Shown in pieces: positions 33,846 to 45,797 of a DNA stretch of 64,000 bases. The notes under the pieces were generated by a model. That model saw only the letters and a program-made list of their open reading frames with translations. It did not search any database and had not been told where the DNA came from. Source of the stretch: an uncultured Nitrospiraceae bacterium (GTDB taxonomy: Bacteria > Nitrospirota > Thermodesulfovibrionia > Thermodesulfovibrionales > SM23-35); assembly GCA_963727775.1 (NCBI GenBank), contig CAVSHB010000003.1:352001-416000 (forward strand), in the 5' to 3' direction. The translations under genes and the position numbers were made by a program. Numbering within the stretch: position 1 is the first letter of the stretch; every line of letters starts with the position of its first letter.

Positions 33846-34947
33846 ATGCTTTTACAAAATGAGTTAAAAGAAGAGTTATTGACCCTCAGGGAAAAAATGG
33901 AATCCTTAAGAGGTTATCTTTGATGTACCCGGCCTAAAAGAAGAAATTGAAAAAATCAAAAAGGACTTGACCCCTGAAGATGTGTGGTCGTCTCCCCAGT
34001 TTACGCGTGATCTGCTAAGGAGAAAGTCAAAGCTTGAGGACGTCATATCACATTTTGATTCATTGTCCGATAAATTAGCTTATCTGGAAGAATCGATAGG
34101 AATACTCGAAGAAGAAAGCGGAGACCTCTTCCTTAATGATCTGCACAGGGAAATTAAGGACATAAAGGATGAGATAGAAGCGCTTGAGATCCAATGCCTT
34201 CTCTCCGGTGAGATGGACAAGAATAATGCCATACTCATCTTCCATCCGGGCGCAGGCGGCATAGAAAGCCAGGATTGGGCACAAATGCTCATGAGAATGT
34301 ATCTGCGATGGGCTGAAAGACATAAGTTCAGCACACAGGTTGTCGACCTGCAGATGGGAGAAGAGGCGGGCATTAAAAACGCGACTGTTACCGTAGCCGG
34401 TCCTTACGCGTATGGCTACCTGAAAGGCGAGGTGGGTGTTCACAGGCTCGTCAGGATATCTCCTTTCGACGCGGGGAAAAGAAGGCACACATCATTCGCG
34501 GCAGTCCTTGTTTATCCGGAGGTTGAAGAAGATATTGATATAGATTTAAAAGAAGACGATGTAAAAATGGATACCTTCAGGGCCTCGGGGGCAGGAGGAC
34601 AGCATGTAAATAAGACTTCCTCTGCCGTAAGGCTCACCCATATGCCTACCGGTATTATTGTCTGTTGCCAGAATGAGCGGTCACAACATAAAAACAGGTC
34701 CATTGCCATGAAGATACTAAAGGCGCGCCTTTATGACCTGAAACTGAAAGAGCAGGAAAAAAGGATGGAAGGTTTTGCAGGAGACAAGAAAGGTATAGCA
34801 TGGGGTAGTCAGATAAGATCTTATATCCTTCAGCCTTACAGGATTATTAAAGACCACAGAACGGACATCGAAACAGGCAATGTTGATGCCGTACTCGACG
34901 GAGATATAGATGAATTTGTCAAAGCGTATCTGAGAAAAAAGACTTAG
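33846..34947 (+). CDS. prfB: Peptide chain release factor 2 with programmed +1 frameshift
   Basis: ATG 33846 is in frame to AGAGGT-TAT-CTT-TGA (33909-33923). The +1 frame carries the SPF and GGQ motifs. Confidence 0.96.
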
Positions 34948-34949
34948 AT

Positions 34950-35260
34950 GCTTATGAAAAACTTTTTTCCTACTATTAGTTTTTTAAGAACTAAAAGAAA
35001 ATAGTAATCGTAGTAGGCGGTGTTTGCATGTTAAAAAGCCGGAATTAAACAGGATAAAACAACGAGTTGTGATGTTAAGAAAAGTTTTACGGATTGCGAA
35101 TAGTTTTCAACATATTTTAAGATAAGGGAGTTAAACAACATATTAAACAATTTTATAACAGATTTTCTTGTCTTCCTGTTAGTATTCGGCTATAATGTTT
35201 ACACCTCCCGCAAAAATTATTAACATGTGTTAGTAAAATGTTAATTATTATATTAATTCT
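34950..35260. other. Replication origin oriC (upstream of dnaA)
   Basis: AT-rich, with about 10 related 9-mers ending AACA. The minus strand reads TTTTTAACA-TGCAAACA-CCGCC-TACTACGATTACTAT (box, GC spacer, DnaA-trios). Confidence 0.75.
35168..35196 (+). promoter_or_regulatory. sigma70 promoter of dnaA
   Basis: TTGTCT-17 bp-TATAAT; a box-like 9-mer (35177-35185) lies in the spacer. Confidence 0.7.
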
Positions 35261-36592
35261 ATGACATTAGAAGATATTTGGAATAATAGTCTTTCCAGGA
35301 TAGAAGATAAAGTCGGCAACAGTATTCTCGATCTATGGTTCCGTCCGATCAAACTCTCCCAGGTAAAAGAACAACAAGTTACAGTAGAGATACCTAACAG
35401 GTTCTTTAAAGACTGGATCGAGGACAATTATCCGGAAATAATAGCCGAATCAATCGGGGGTCTGTTGAATTACCCGGTTACTGTCCGTTACAGGATAGCC
35501 GAGAAAATAGATCCCGATGTAAAAAAGATGGATAGACGGATAGAAAGCCGGAGGCAGAAGCTTGCGAGCAGGGGAATCTATCTCAATCCGAAATATACAT
35601 TTGAAAATTTTATTATAGGGCCGAGCAACCAGTTTGCGCACGCAGCTGCAAAGGCCGTTGCAGAGACACCCGGCAAGGCTTACAACCCGTTTTTTATATA
35701 TGGGGGCGTTGGCCTCGGCAAGACCCACCTGATAACCGCCATAGGGAATGCCGTTATTGATAAAAGTCCGGAGATAGCTGTGATTTACGTTTCCGCAGAA
35801 CAATTTACAAATGAAGTAGTATCGGCAATCAGGCACGAGAAGATGGGCGAGCTGAAGGAGAAATACCGAAACGTCGACCTGCTGCTGCTCGATGACATAC
35901 ATTTTATCGCTAACAAGACACAAACCCAGGAGGAGTTTTTTCATACATTTAATGCAATATACGAGAGACAGAAACAGATAGTCATTTCGAGTGACAGGCC
36001 GCCCAAGGAAATAGGCGCTGTTACCGACAGGCTCAGGTCAAGGTTCAGTATGGGGCTCATAGCCGATATCCAACCGCCCGAGTTGGAGACAAAGATTGCT
36101 ATTATACAAAAAAAGGCTGAAATGGAAAAAATACCCATTCCCGACGATGTTGCGTATTACCTGGCATCAAAAGTAAAATCAAACGTCCGGGAACTTGAGG
36201 GTTGTCTTATCCGGTTGGGCGCGCAGGCTTCTCTGACGGGAAGACCCATTAACAAAGATATGGCGAAGAATATCCTGCAGGACCTCATCGAAGAGGACGA
36301 AAAACCCATTACAACGGACCAAATCCAGAAAATAGTCTGTGATCATTTTGCACTCAAATTGTCCGATATAAAGGCAAAGAAAAGGACAAAGGAGATTGCT
36401 TTACCACGACAGATAGCAATGTACTTGTGCAAACAGCTGACCAGTCTTTCTCTCGGTGATATAGGAAAGAGCTTTGGCGGGAAAGACCATGCGACTGTTA
36501 TATATTCTAATAAACAGATTGAAGAAAAAAGGGCAAAGGACGAAGCATTCAACCGGATGATCGAGGGCCTTTTACGGAAGGCAAAAGGATGA
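35261..36592 (+). CDS. dnaA: Chromosomal replication initiator
   Basis: YGGVGLGKTHL, LLLDDI, QEEFFHTFN, GGKDHATVIYS. Confidence 0.98.
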   Translation: MTLEDIWNNSLSRIEDKVGNSILDLWFRPIKLSQVKEQQVTVEIPNRFFKDWIEDNYPEIIAESIGGLLNYPVTVRYRIAEKIDPDVKKMDRRIESRRQKLASRGIYLNPKYTFENFIIGPSNQFAHAAAKAVAETPGKAYNPFFIYGGVGLGKTHLITAIGNAVIDKSPEIAVIYVSAEQFTNEVVSAIRHEKMGELKEKYRNVDLLLLDDIHFIANKTQTQEEFFHTFNAIYERQKQIVISSDRPPKEIGAVTDRLRSRFSMGLIADIQPPELETKIAIIQKKAEMEKIPIPDDVAYYLASKVKSNVRELEGCLIRLGAQASLTGRPINKDMAKNILQDLIEEDEKPITTDQIQKIVCDHFALKLSDIKAKKRTKEIALPRQIAMYLCKQLTSLSLGDIGKSFGGKDHATVIYSNKQIEEKRAKDEAFNRMIEGLLRKAKG

Positions 36593-36656
36593 AGTGTGGC
36601 CTGTTCAATAAACTGTCTGCGATCCACGGAGATAGCCGAATTATGGAGGAGGGAAT

Positions 36657-37775
36657 ATGAAACTAAGTGTGTCAAAAATTGAGATGCAGGAAAAGCTTGC
36701 GCATATTCAGAACATTGTTGAAAAAAAGAATACGATGCCTATATTAAGCCATTTCCTTCTTAGCGCGGGTAAAAAGGGTTCATACATAATTGCTACGGAT
36801 ATCGAGACAGCCTTAAAAGAGCCTCTCGATGCCAATATCGAGAAAGAAGGAAAAATCTGTATACCGGCAAGAAAACTGTTTGAGATTGTCAGGGAAGTGG
36901 ACGGGGATTTGTCATTCGAAGTAGTTGACGAGCAATGGCTCAAGGTCCGGTCGGGTGCGAGCGATTTCAGACTTGCGTGCTTGCCCCATGGTGACTTTCC
37001 AACCTGGCCTTCGACGGGTGATGTTGAAGAAGTCACCATAAATGCCCCGGTATTGCAGGAAATGATCGAAAAGACTATCTACTCCGCGGGAGAGAGCGAT
37101 ACAAGATATACGCTGAACGGCCTGCTCTTCCACGCAAAGCCCGGGGACAAGTCCCTCACTGTAGTAGGCACTGACGGACACAGGCTTGCATTAATAATCA
37201 GGCAAATGGACGACGAGATAAAGAACGAAAAGAGGATAGTGGTGCCTCGTAAGGCGGTTTCCGAGCTGAGGCGGTTTCTCACTGATTCCGGCGAAGGCGA
37301 AGAGACAAAAAAGACCAGGATTTCGATCGGGGAAAAGCACCTTCTTTTCAGTATTGACAACATACAGTTTCTTACGAGACTGATAGACGGGGCATATCCC
37401 AATTATGAAAATGTCATCCCTCAAGCGAATGAAAAAAAGATGTCCATCGGGACAGATACCTTTTCAAAAGTGCTGCGAAGGGTGTCTGTAATGTCTAAAG
37501 AAAGAGCAAGCGCCGTCAGGTTTGACCTTGAAGAGGACAAGCTGACTGTTTCATCATCGAGCCCCGACCTCGGCGAGGCAAAAGAAGAGGTTTTAGTTGA
37601 TTATAAGGGGGACAAAGTCTCTCTCGGTTTTAATGCGCGGTATATGCTGGATGTTCTGGGGGCAATGACCTCGGATAAGGTCCTCCTTGAGCTCCAGGAC
37701 CCATTAAGTCCGGTGCTTGTAAAAGAGGACGGCTCCGAGGAGTATAAGTGTGTGATTATGCCTATGAGGATCTAG
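36657..37775 (+). CDS. dnaN: DNA polymerase III beta clamp
   Basis: GTDGHRL, YPNYENVIP, GFNARY, VIMPMRI. Confidence 0.97.
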   Translation: MKLSVSKIEMQEKLAHIQNIVEKKNTMPILSHFLLSAGKKGSYIIATDIETALKEPLDANIEKEGKICIPARKLFEIVREVDGDLSFEVVDEQWLKVRSGASDFRLACLPHGDFPTWPSTGDVEEVTINAPVLQEMIEKTIYSAGESDTRYTLNGLLFHAKPGDKSLTVVGTDGHRLALIIRQMDDEIKNEKRIVVPRKAVSELRRFLTDSGEGEETKKTRISIGEKHLLFSIDNIQFLTRLIDGAYPNYENVIPQANEKKMSIGTDTFSKVLRRVSVMSKERASAVRFDLEEDKLTVSSSSPDLGEAKEEVLVDYKGDKVSLGFNARYMLDVLGAMTSDKVLLELQDPLSPVLVKEDGSEEYKCVIMPMRI

Positions 37776-37801
37776 AGCAGATTATTCATAGTGTATGGGC
37801 A

Positions 37802-40351
<2,550 letters not shown>

Positions 40352-40672
40352 TAATTGTGTAGGATGCTATCAGATCGCAGAAAAGTTTTAGAATTGTGAA
40401 ATAAAGTTTTGCATTTTTGTGCAGTAAAGTTTTGTGCCTGTCGTGTTAGCTCTCTCATAAAAGGTGATCGGTATCGTCTTCACCTCCTACCTGCACTAAA
40501 GTATCTACTTCAGAAGAGATGATTTCGAGTTGAAACCTGTGAAAATGAAGAATGAAGGTTTGACCCTACTGGACTCATTTTAAGTCCTTACCTTCGCTAC
40601 TAGATAAAAGTCTGTTGAACCTGTTACAAGTTTGAGATTTAAATAATAATTGCAGAGATTAACTCACCATCT

Positions 40673-40755
40673 AAGCCACTGACAATGTCAGTGGTGGGGT
40701 ATGGGGGCGAAGGCCCCATACCTTTGGCGAACCGACAAGGTCGGTGGTAGTTGAC
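40673..40755 (+). mobile_element. Small non-autonomous IS200/IS605-type hairpin element (PATE-like)
   Basis: Hairpins CCACTGAC-AAT-GTCAGTGG and ACCGAC-AAG-GTCGGT followed by GGTAGTTGAC, with a GC hairpin between them. Confidence 0.5.
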
Positions 40756-40828
40756 TGCCCCTATTGCCAGGTCTGTATCAGAAAACGTATCATGGAAATA
40801 ACGAACCTTCAGAAGGCTAACACTTGAA

Positions 40829-42477
40829 CCTAAAAACGGCAGTTGACATCATAAATGGCACAAGTTAGGGAGTATCCAGGCAGGTTTTATCCTTAATGGG
40901 CCGATCAATTTTCTAAATGCGTACAATGCAATGAACCTTACGCGTTCAGAGAGATTCAACTGCTCCGCAGTAACTTTAACGCGCCCGAGAAAGCGCGACA
41001 GATTTCGCAATGCGCTTTCTACCTTCGCTGCCTTTGCATGCTGATTTGTAATAGTCAAGAAAGTCTGTCCGCCATGGCTTGTTTTTTTGGCCACTGCATG
41101 TAAAAGCAATGGGCGGCTTGTGATGGCCTCGTGATGTTTGTTAGGATTTGCAAGACGTACAAATAGAGACCACCAATTGTATATGAGGGCAACCATACGG
41201 CTGACAAAACGGCACCGCTTCAAATCTTTCGTCGTGTAACCACCCCAGCCCCACTGGTTTTTCAATTCATCGAAGCAGTTTTCACTGTCTGCACGATCCC
41301 GGTAATGCTGGGCTATGGATAAAATATCATCAGGCAGTGATGTTACAAGCACTGCGTATTCATATTTCCCAATCCGCCCTTCCGTTTCTATAAATGCCAT
41401 ATCCAACTGATCCTTCGCCGTCTTCTGCTTAAGCAGTATATCTCCTGTAATAAGGCGACGCAGAACTATTACACGACGACTACGGCTCCATCCACTCAGT
41501 TTCAATGATGATTCTGTCCCCTTGTATCCTTGTCCGGCATCTGCCCAGTCATCAATTTCAAAAAGCCTCTCAATGAGACGTTTGACGTTCTTTGTGAGCC
41601 TGAGCTTGGTAAGGTAATGAATTCTCCTTGCTTCTGCTCCTGACAGTACCCCCTCTACTCCAAAAGCAACATCTCCCCGTATAAATGCCGGCCAATTCCC
41701 TTTGGGTATGCTTTCAAGCAGTTGCCACAGTCCAGCAGTATTGTGATTTGATGCCGTCTCATTCCCGGGCTTCACTTCAACTTTCAACGCCAATCTGGTA
41801 TTTGCCATGAAATAACTATGGTAGCAGTGTGAGGGCCGACCCCGTTTTTTCGGATTGTATCCGACAACTGCTCCCTCCTGTTTTCCATACAAACACTTCA
41901 CTGTCGTATCTGTATCAAGTATCCAAGAAGGACCTGCTACTACGGATAATACCGGCATTGTACAGCGGGCAAACTGAGTTTCAAGCCACTGTATTCCATC
42001 TTTTTCCTCTATATTCAATAAGGCCCGTCGCGCTGCATCTTCGCTGATGATTTTCTTCATCCCCAATAGCTCAGGATTGACGCCATCACAACGAATTGCC
42101 GATATATGCGCATACCGCTTGTGCCCGGCAAGTATGGAAAGCATCAAGGTTCCCAATATATCCCGCTTAGCAGGCGCATTAGGACTGCTGTACTCAAGCG
42201 GACAATCATCTACAAAGCTATCGAACAACCCGCTGACTTTCAGAAACTCTATGAAAAATGGAAGTTGCCCTAATGGTGTTACTGCTGCTTGTCTGTCCCA
42301 TTCAACGTGAATCTTTCCCGCATATGTGTCGAGCCCTGCGCGGTTATTTTCCCTTGCCAATGCCCGTCGCTTTGCTTCACCCATCAGGTGATCCCTCCCT
42401 TGCTGTGTTTTTTACGCTTCCATGAATATTATCACAAGGTTACTGCGATAGGTGGGTTCTTAGCTGCTGTTTATAGG
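40829..42477 (-). mobile_element. Complete IS1380-family element
   Basis: TIRs CCTAAAAACGGCAG / CTGCTGTTTATAGG; 5-bp TSD TTGAA at 40824-40828 and 42478-42482. Confidence 0.9.
40849..42384 (-). CDS. IS1380-family DDE transposase
   Basis: LDTDTT, GYNP, IRGDVAF, YRDRADSENCFDELK. Confidence 0.88.
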   Translation of the reverse strand: MGEAKRRALARENNRAGLDTYAGKIHVEWDRQAAVTPLGQLPFFIEFLKVSGLFDSFVDDCPLEYSSPNAPAKRDILGTLMLSILAGHKRYAHISAIRCDGVNPELLGMKKIISEDAARRALLNIEEKDGIQWLETQFARCTMPVLSVVAGPSWILDTDTTVKCLYGKQEGAVVGYNPKKRGRPSHCYHSYFMANTRLALKVEVKPGNETASNHNTAGLWQLLESIPKGNWPAFIRGDVAFGVEGVLSGAEARRIHYLTKLRLTKNVKRLIERLFEIDDWADAGQGYKGTESSLKLSGWSRSRRVIVLRRLITGDILLKQKTAKDQLDMAFIETEGRIGKYEYAVLVTSLPDDILSIAQHYRDRADSENCFDELKNQWGWGGYTTKDLKRCRFVSRMVALIYNWWSLFVRLANPNKHHEAITSRPLLLHAVAKKTSHGGQTFLTITNQHAKAAKVESALRNLSRFLGRVKVTAEQLNLSERVRFIALYAFRKLIGPLRIKPAWILPNLCHL

Positions 42478-42644
42478 TTGAATACTAATTCATTTTATAA
42501 ATATCGCAAAATTACTAATCTGAACAAATTGAATGAGGACTATGCATTGGATGCATTACTTAACTGTTACGCTATTTTCTCTGGGCGAAAGAATTTTAAC
42601 GATCTTTTCGATAGCAAAATTGATCTTGTATCCCCAACTCCTAA
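42478..42644 (+). pseudogene. 5' remnant of a DUF2971-like gene
   Basis: TTG...NTNSFYKYRKI...LDALLN..AIFS...FNDLFD, wedged between two IS ends. Confidence 0.45.
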
Positions 42645-43360
42645 CCCACATAATTCATAAATTTTTGACACATGAGATTTTTGGTGGCTTTTTGAGTCAA
42701 GTGAAGACAATAGAAGACCAATACGGAGCAGTTTTATAGACGAGTCACGATCTGATCTCGTAAAATCAGTCGGAGAAGGGCTTCATGGCAGTTTTTAAGC
42801 GCACTTCACCATTGAGGATATTTCCTGTTGAAGTTTTTCCGTAAGAAAATGTTCAAGTCGTATAAGCAGCAAGCCGACGATATACTAACGCAAAGATCTT
42901 CTTCCAGGGATAGCCACTGGCCAAGCGAAACCACACCCGCCGGGCTGTCTGGATTACCTGGGCTCCAATCTTCAGAAGTCTCAACCTCAACTGCTGGATC
43001 TGCATCGAAGCAAACTCTGTTTTCTGGAGAGCTTCTCTGAGTCTCAGAACAAGCCAGTACGCCGCCATATGAAGGAAGAGCCTGAACTGATTCGCAACAA
43101 AGCGGTGGCAACTTAATCGATCTGCTTTGAGACCATTCTTGAACTCGTCAATCCGTACTTCACATGTACCGCCACGCTCAGTGTAGAACTCGTAGAGTTC
43201 TTTTGATTCATGAGAGAGGTTGGTCACAACAAAACGGCTGTTGGGTCCCTGTGGCAGCCATTCCGCCTTCATGATTACCCGACGTTCTGTCGCCCAGCTC
43301 TGAGCCTGATACTTTCCCTCGGTAAAGAGCCGTTGCTTCTGCCCGGTCGAAGAAGCAATT
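42645..43360 (-). mobile_element. 5'-truncated second IS1380-family element
   Basis: Transposase C-terminus at 42853-43360 (RFVVTN, YTERGGTCEVRIDEFK, CHRFVANQFRL). Putative end CCCACATAATTCAT at 42645. Confidence 0.75.
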
Positions 43361-44373
43361 AGGGTCAGGTCTACACAGTTGACACAGGATGCAGAGTTAG
43401 GATAAAATGATTGCTCGAAATGGCACGACCGCTTAGAATTGAATACAGGGACGCCTTTTATCACGTAACCGCACGCGGGAATGAGCAGGGAACGATATAT
43501 CGTGACGATAAGGATAAAGAGCGGTTTCTTGCGTATCTGGAAAGCGCTGTTGTGCGGTACAAAGCCGTTATTCATGCCTATTGTCTCATGAGTAACCATT
43601 ATCATCTTCTAATATCCACACCCGCGGGCAATCTGTCGCAAATCCTACGGCATATTAACGGCGCATACACCGTCTATTTCAATAAGAGGCACAAAAGGGT
43701 CGGACATCTTTTCCAAGGCAGATACAAGGCAATCCTTGTTGAAGCCGACGAATATGCAGGAGAGCTTTCGCGGTACATTCATCTTAATCCAGTTAGAGCC
43801 GGACTTGTCGATCGTCCAGAGAACTATATCTGGTCGAGTTATTTGTCTTACATCGACAGGAGGAAAGCCTCCGACTGGCTGAAAACCGACTGGTTGCTCC
43901 GGTATTTTGGAAAGAGACTTTCCGATTCCGTAAACGCATACCGTGAATTTGTGGAAGCAAGGAGCGGTGTTGCCAAAGAAAGCCCGCTCGGTGCTGCGGT
44001 GGCGTCCTCTGTACTTGGTAGCGAAGAATTCATAGACGATATTAGGGAGAGATACCTTTCTGGCAGGAAAAAGGATCGAAACCTGCCTGCACTTGCGGCA
44101 TTGACAAGGATTTCCCCGAAGGACATAACCGGGAAGGTCCGGCTGGAGTTCAGGGATGACCCCGATTTGGAGAAAAAGGTGGGAATCTATTTGAGCCACA
44201 GATTCAGCGGAGTAACACTTAAAGAAATCGGACAGCTGTTTAGCATAAGTGAATCGGCAGTATCGCAAGCGAGTCGCAGATTTGAAACGATGCTTGCTAC
44301 AGACCGGAGGCTGAGGAAGAGGGTTGGAAAATTGCAGAAGCTCCTGGCTTGTTAATTGTGTAGACCTGACCCT
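43361..44373 (+). mobile_element. TIR-bounded element carrying an HUH (RAYT-like) transposase
   Basis: AGGGTCAGGTCTACACAGTTGAC (43361-43383) / GTTAATTGTGTAGACCTGACCCT (44351-44373), 21/23 complementary. Confidence 0.8.
43420..44355 (+). CDS. REP-associated-type tyrosine (Y1 HUH) transposase with C-terminal DnaA_C-like HTH
   Basis: MARPLRI, YHVTARGN, MSNHYHL, HLFQGRY, RYIHLNP, WSSY; C-terminal TLKEIGQLF. Confidence 0.88.
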   Translation: MARPLRIEYRDAFYHVTARGNEQGTIYRDDKDKERFLAYLESAVVRYKAVIHAYCLMSNHYHLLISTPAGNLSQILRHINGAYTVYFNKRHKRVGHLFQGRYKAILVEADEYAGELSRYIHLNPVRAGLVDRPENYIWSSYLSYIDRRKASDWLKTDWLLRYFGKRLSDSVNAYREFVEARSGVAKESPLGAAVASSVLGSEEFIDDIRERYLSGRKKDRNLPALAALTRISPKDITGKVRLEFRDDPDLEKKVGIYLSHRFSGVTLKEIGQLFSISESAVSQASRRFETMLATDRRLRKRVGKLQKLLAC

Positions 44374-44379
44374 TATGAT

Positions 44380-44433
44380 GTGATTCTCAAAGCTATCGAG
44401 ATTTTGGAGGTGAATTATGGAACTGAAAAATGA
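44380..44433 (+). pseudogene. 3' remnant of a HicA-like toxin gene
   Basis: VILKAIEILEVNYGTEK* overlaps the hicB start and is cut off by the TIR element. Confidence 0.5.
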
Positions 44434-44746
44434 TCATTACACGTATAGGGTAACTTGGTCGGCAGAAGACAACGAGTATGTCGGACTTTGTGCCGAATTT
44501 CCAGGTTTAAGCTGGTTGGCAAAAACACCCGATGCGGCGTTGAAAGGTATCCGCAAAGTTGTTGCCGAGGTGGTAGAAGATATGAAGAAGACAGGAGAGT
44601 CCATCCCGGAACCGATAGCTACTCGCCGCTACAGCGGAAAATTTGTAGTTCGCGTTACTTCTGAAACACACAGATGTCTTGCTATCCAATCGGCTGAAAC
44701 TGGAGTAAGCCTGAATCGTCTTGTCGCCGCCAAATTAAGCCGGTGA
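44417..44746 (+). CDS. hicB: HicB-family antitoxin
   Basis: HYTYRVTWSAED, EFPGLSWLA, YSGKFVVR, GVSLNRL. Confidence 0.9.
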   Translation: MELKNDHYTYRVTWSAEDNEYVGLCAEFPGLSWLAKTPDAALKGIRKVVAEVVEDMKKTGESIPEPIATRRYSGKFVVRVTSETHRCLAIQSAETGVSLNRLVAAKLSR

Positions 44747-44796
44747 GCTTTCGCAAAACGCTTTTCCGATAGGGTTTCTTTTATAAGGAAGACCGC

Positions 44797-44830
44797 AAAA
44801 AGAAAGGCTGAAGAATTTCTTCTCCAGCCT
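44797..44830 (-). terminator. Intrinsic terminator of the Lys-rich micro-ORF
   Basis: Minus strand AGGCTG-N14-CAGCCT followed by TTCTTTTT. Confidence 0.6.
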
Positions 44831-44859
44831 AAAAAATGTGTGTGTGCACGTTAAAAAAC

Positions 44860-44919
44860 TTATTTCTTTTTTGCGGTCTTCTTTAGAGTCTTTTTTGCTG
44901 GAGCTTTCTTTGCCGGCAT
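44860..44919 (-). CDS. 19-aa Lys/Ala-rich micropeptide MPAKKAPAKKTLKKTAKKK
   Basis: Strong SD AAGGAGGTGA 7 nt before ATG; own terminator; TTGACA at 45003-45008 on the minus strand. Confidence 0.7.
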   Translation of the reverse strand: MPAKKAPAKKTLKKTAKKK

Positions 44920-45176
44920 TCTTTCTTCACCTCCTTCCTTTACCTTTACAGCGATAAGAATAACTTTCCGCTTATATTATTCATATATGATAGATTTGAT
45001 TTTGTCAATAGAAAAATCACTTTTTAGAACAATTGATGCATTTTTGTGAACGATAGATTAATATTAAGTACTGCTCAGCTTATCGAAACTCTGATCAATT
45101 CAACGACGCCCTCTTATCCGACCCCACTAAATTCCATCTATTTTCATTTATTATCGATTAGTGATAATATCGTTAT

Positions 45177-45464
45177 ATGATATTGTCTTTCAGGGACGAC
45201 GAAACGGACTTAATATGGCGTGGGAAATTTTCAAAGAAGATCAAGCTCCCCACAAATCTTCACAACCCGGCAAGACGAAAACTTAGAATGATTGCGGCTG
45301 CGGTGACACTTGAAACGTTGAGAGTGCCTCCAAACAACAAGCTCGAAGCTTTAAAGGGAGATAAGAAAGGGCAATGGAGCATTCGCATTAATGACCGGTG
45401 GCGTATTTGCTTTGAATGGCAAAACGGAAGCGCCCATAACGTTGAGATAACCGATTATCATTAA
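45177..45464 (+). CDS. higB: HigB-family (RelE/ParE) toxin
   Basis: LRVPPNNKLEALKGD, WSIRINDRWRICF, EITDYH. Confidence 0.92.
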   Translation: MILSFRDDETDLIWRGKFSKKIKLPTNLHNPARRKLRMIAAAVTLETLRVPPNNKLEALKGDKKGQWSIRINDRWRICFEWQNGSAHNVEITDYH

Positions 45465-45476
45465 AGGAGAGCAAAG

Positions 45477-45797
45477 ATGAGACACTTAAAGAACATTCAC
45501 CCAGGAGAGGTTTTACAGGAAGAGTTCCTGGTGCCGATGGGGATATCTGTTTACCGGATCGCCAAGGAAACGGGCCTGTCCCCGACACGGCTCGGGCAGA
45601 TCATTAGAGGTACCCGTGGCATTACAGCTGAAACTGCTGTTAAAATCGGGCTCTTCCTGAATACTGGCCCCGAGTTCTGGATGAACCTGCAATCGCTGTA
45701 TGATATTGAAGAAGCTGAAAGGAGGTATAGTAAAGAGGTCAAAGCAATACATCCTTATTCCCAGACGAATCGGGCAGCCGAAGTAGCGTGTAACTAA
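45477..45797 (+). CDS. higA: HigA-family antitoxin
   Basis: IHPGEVLQEEFL, ITAETA, EFWMNLQ. Confidence 0.92.
   Translation: MRHLKNIHPGEVLQEEFLVPMGISVYRIAKETGLSPTRLGQIIRGTRGITAETAVKIGLFLNTGPEFWMNLQSLYDIEEAERRYSKEVKAIHPYSQTNRAAEVACN

Noticed and set aside
43361..43605. N-terminal part of the 250-aa ORF 42853-43605
   Set aside because: It is antisense read-through into the TIR-HUH element. Only 42853-43360 is IS1380 transposase.
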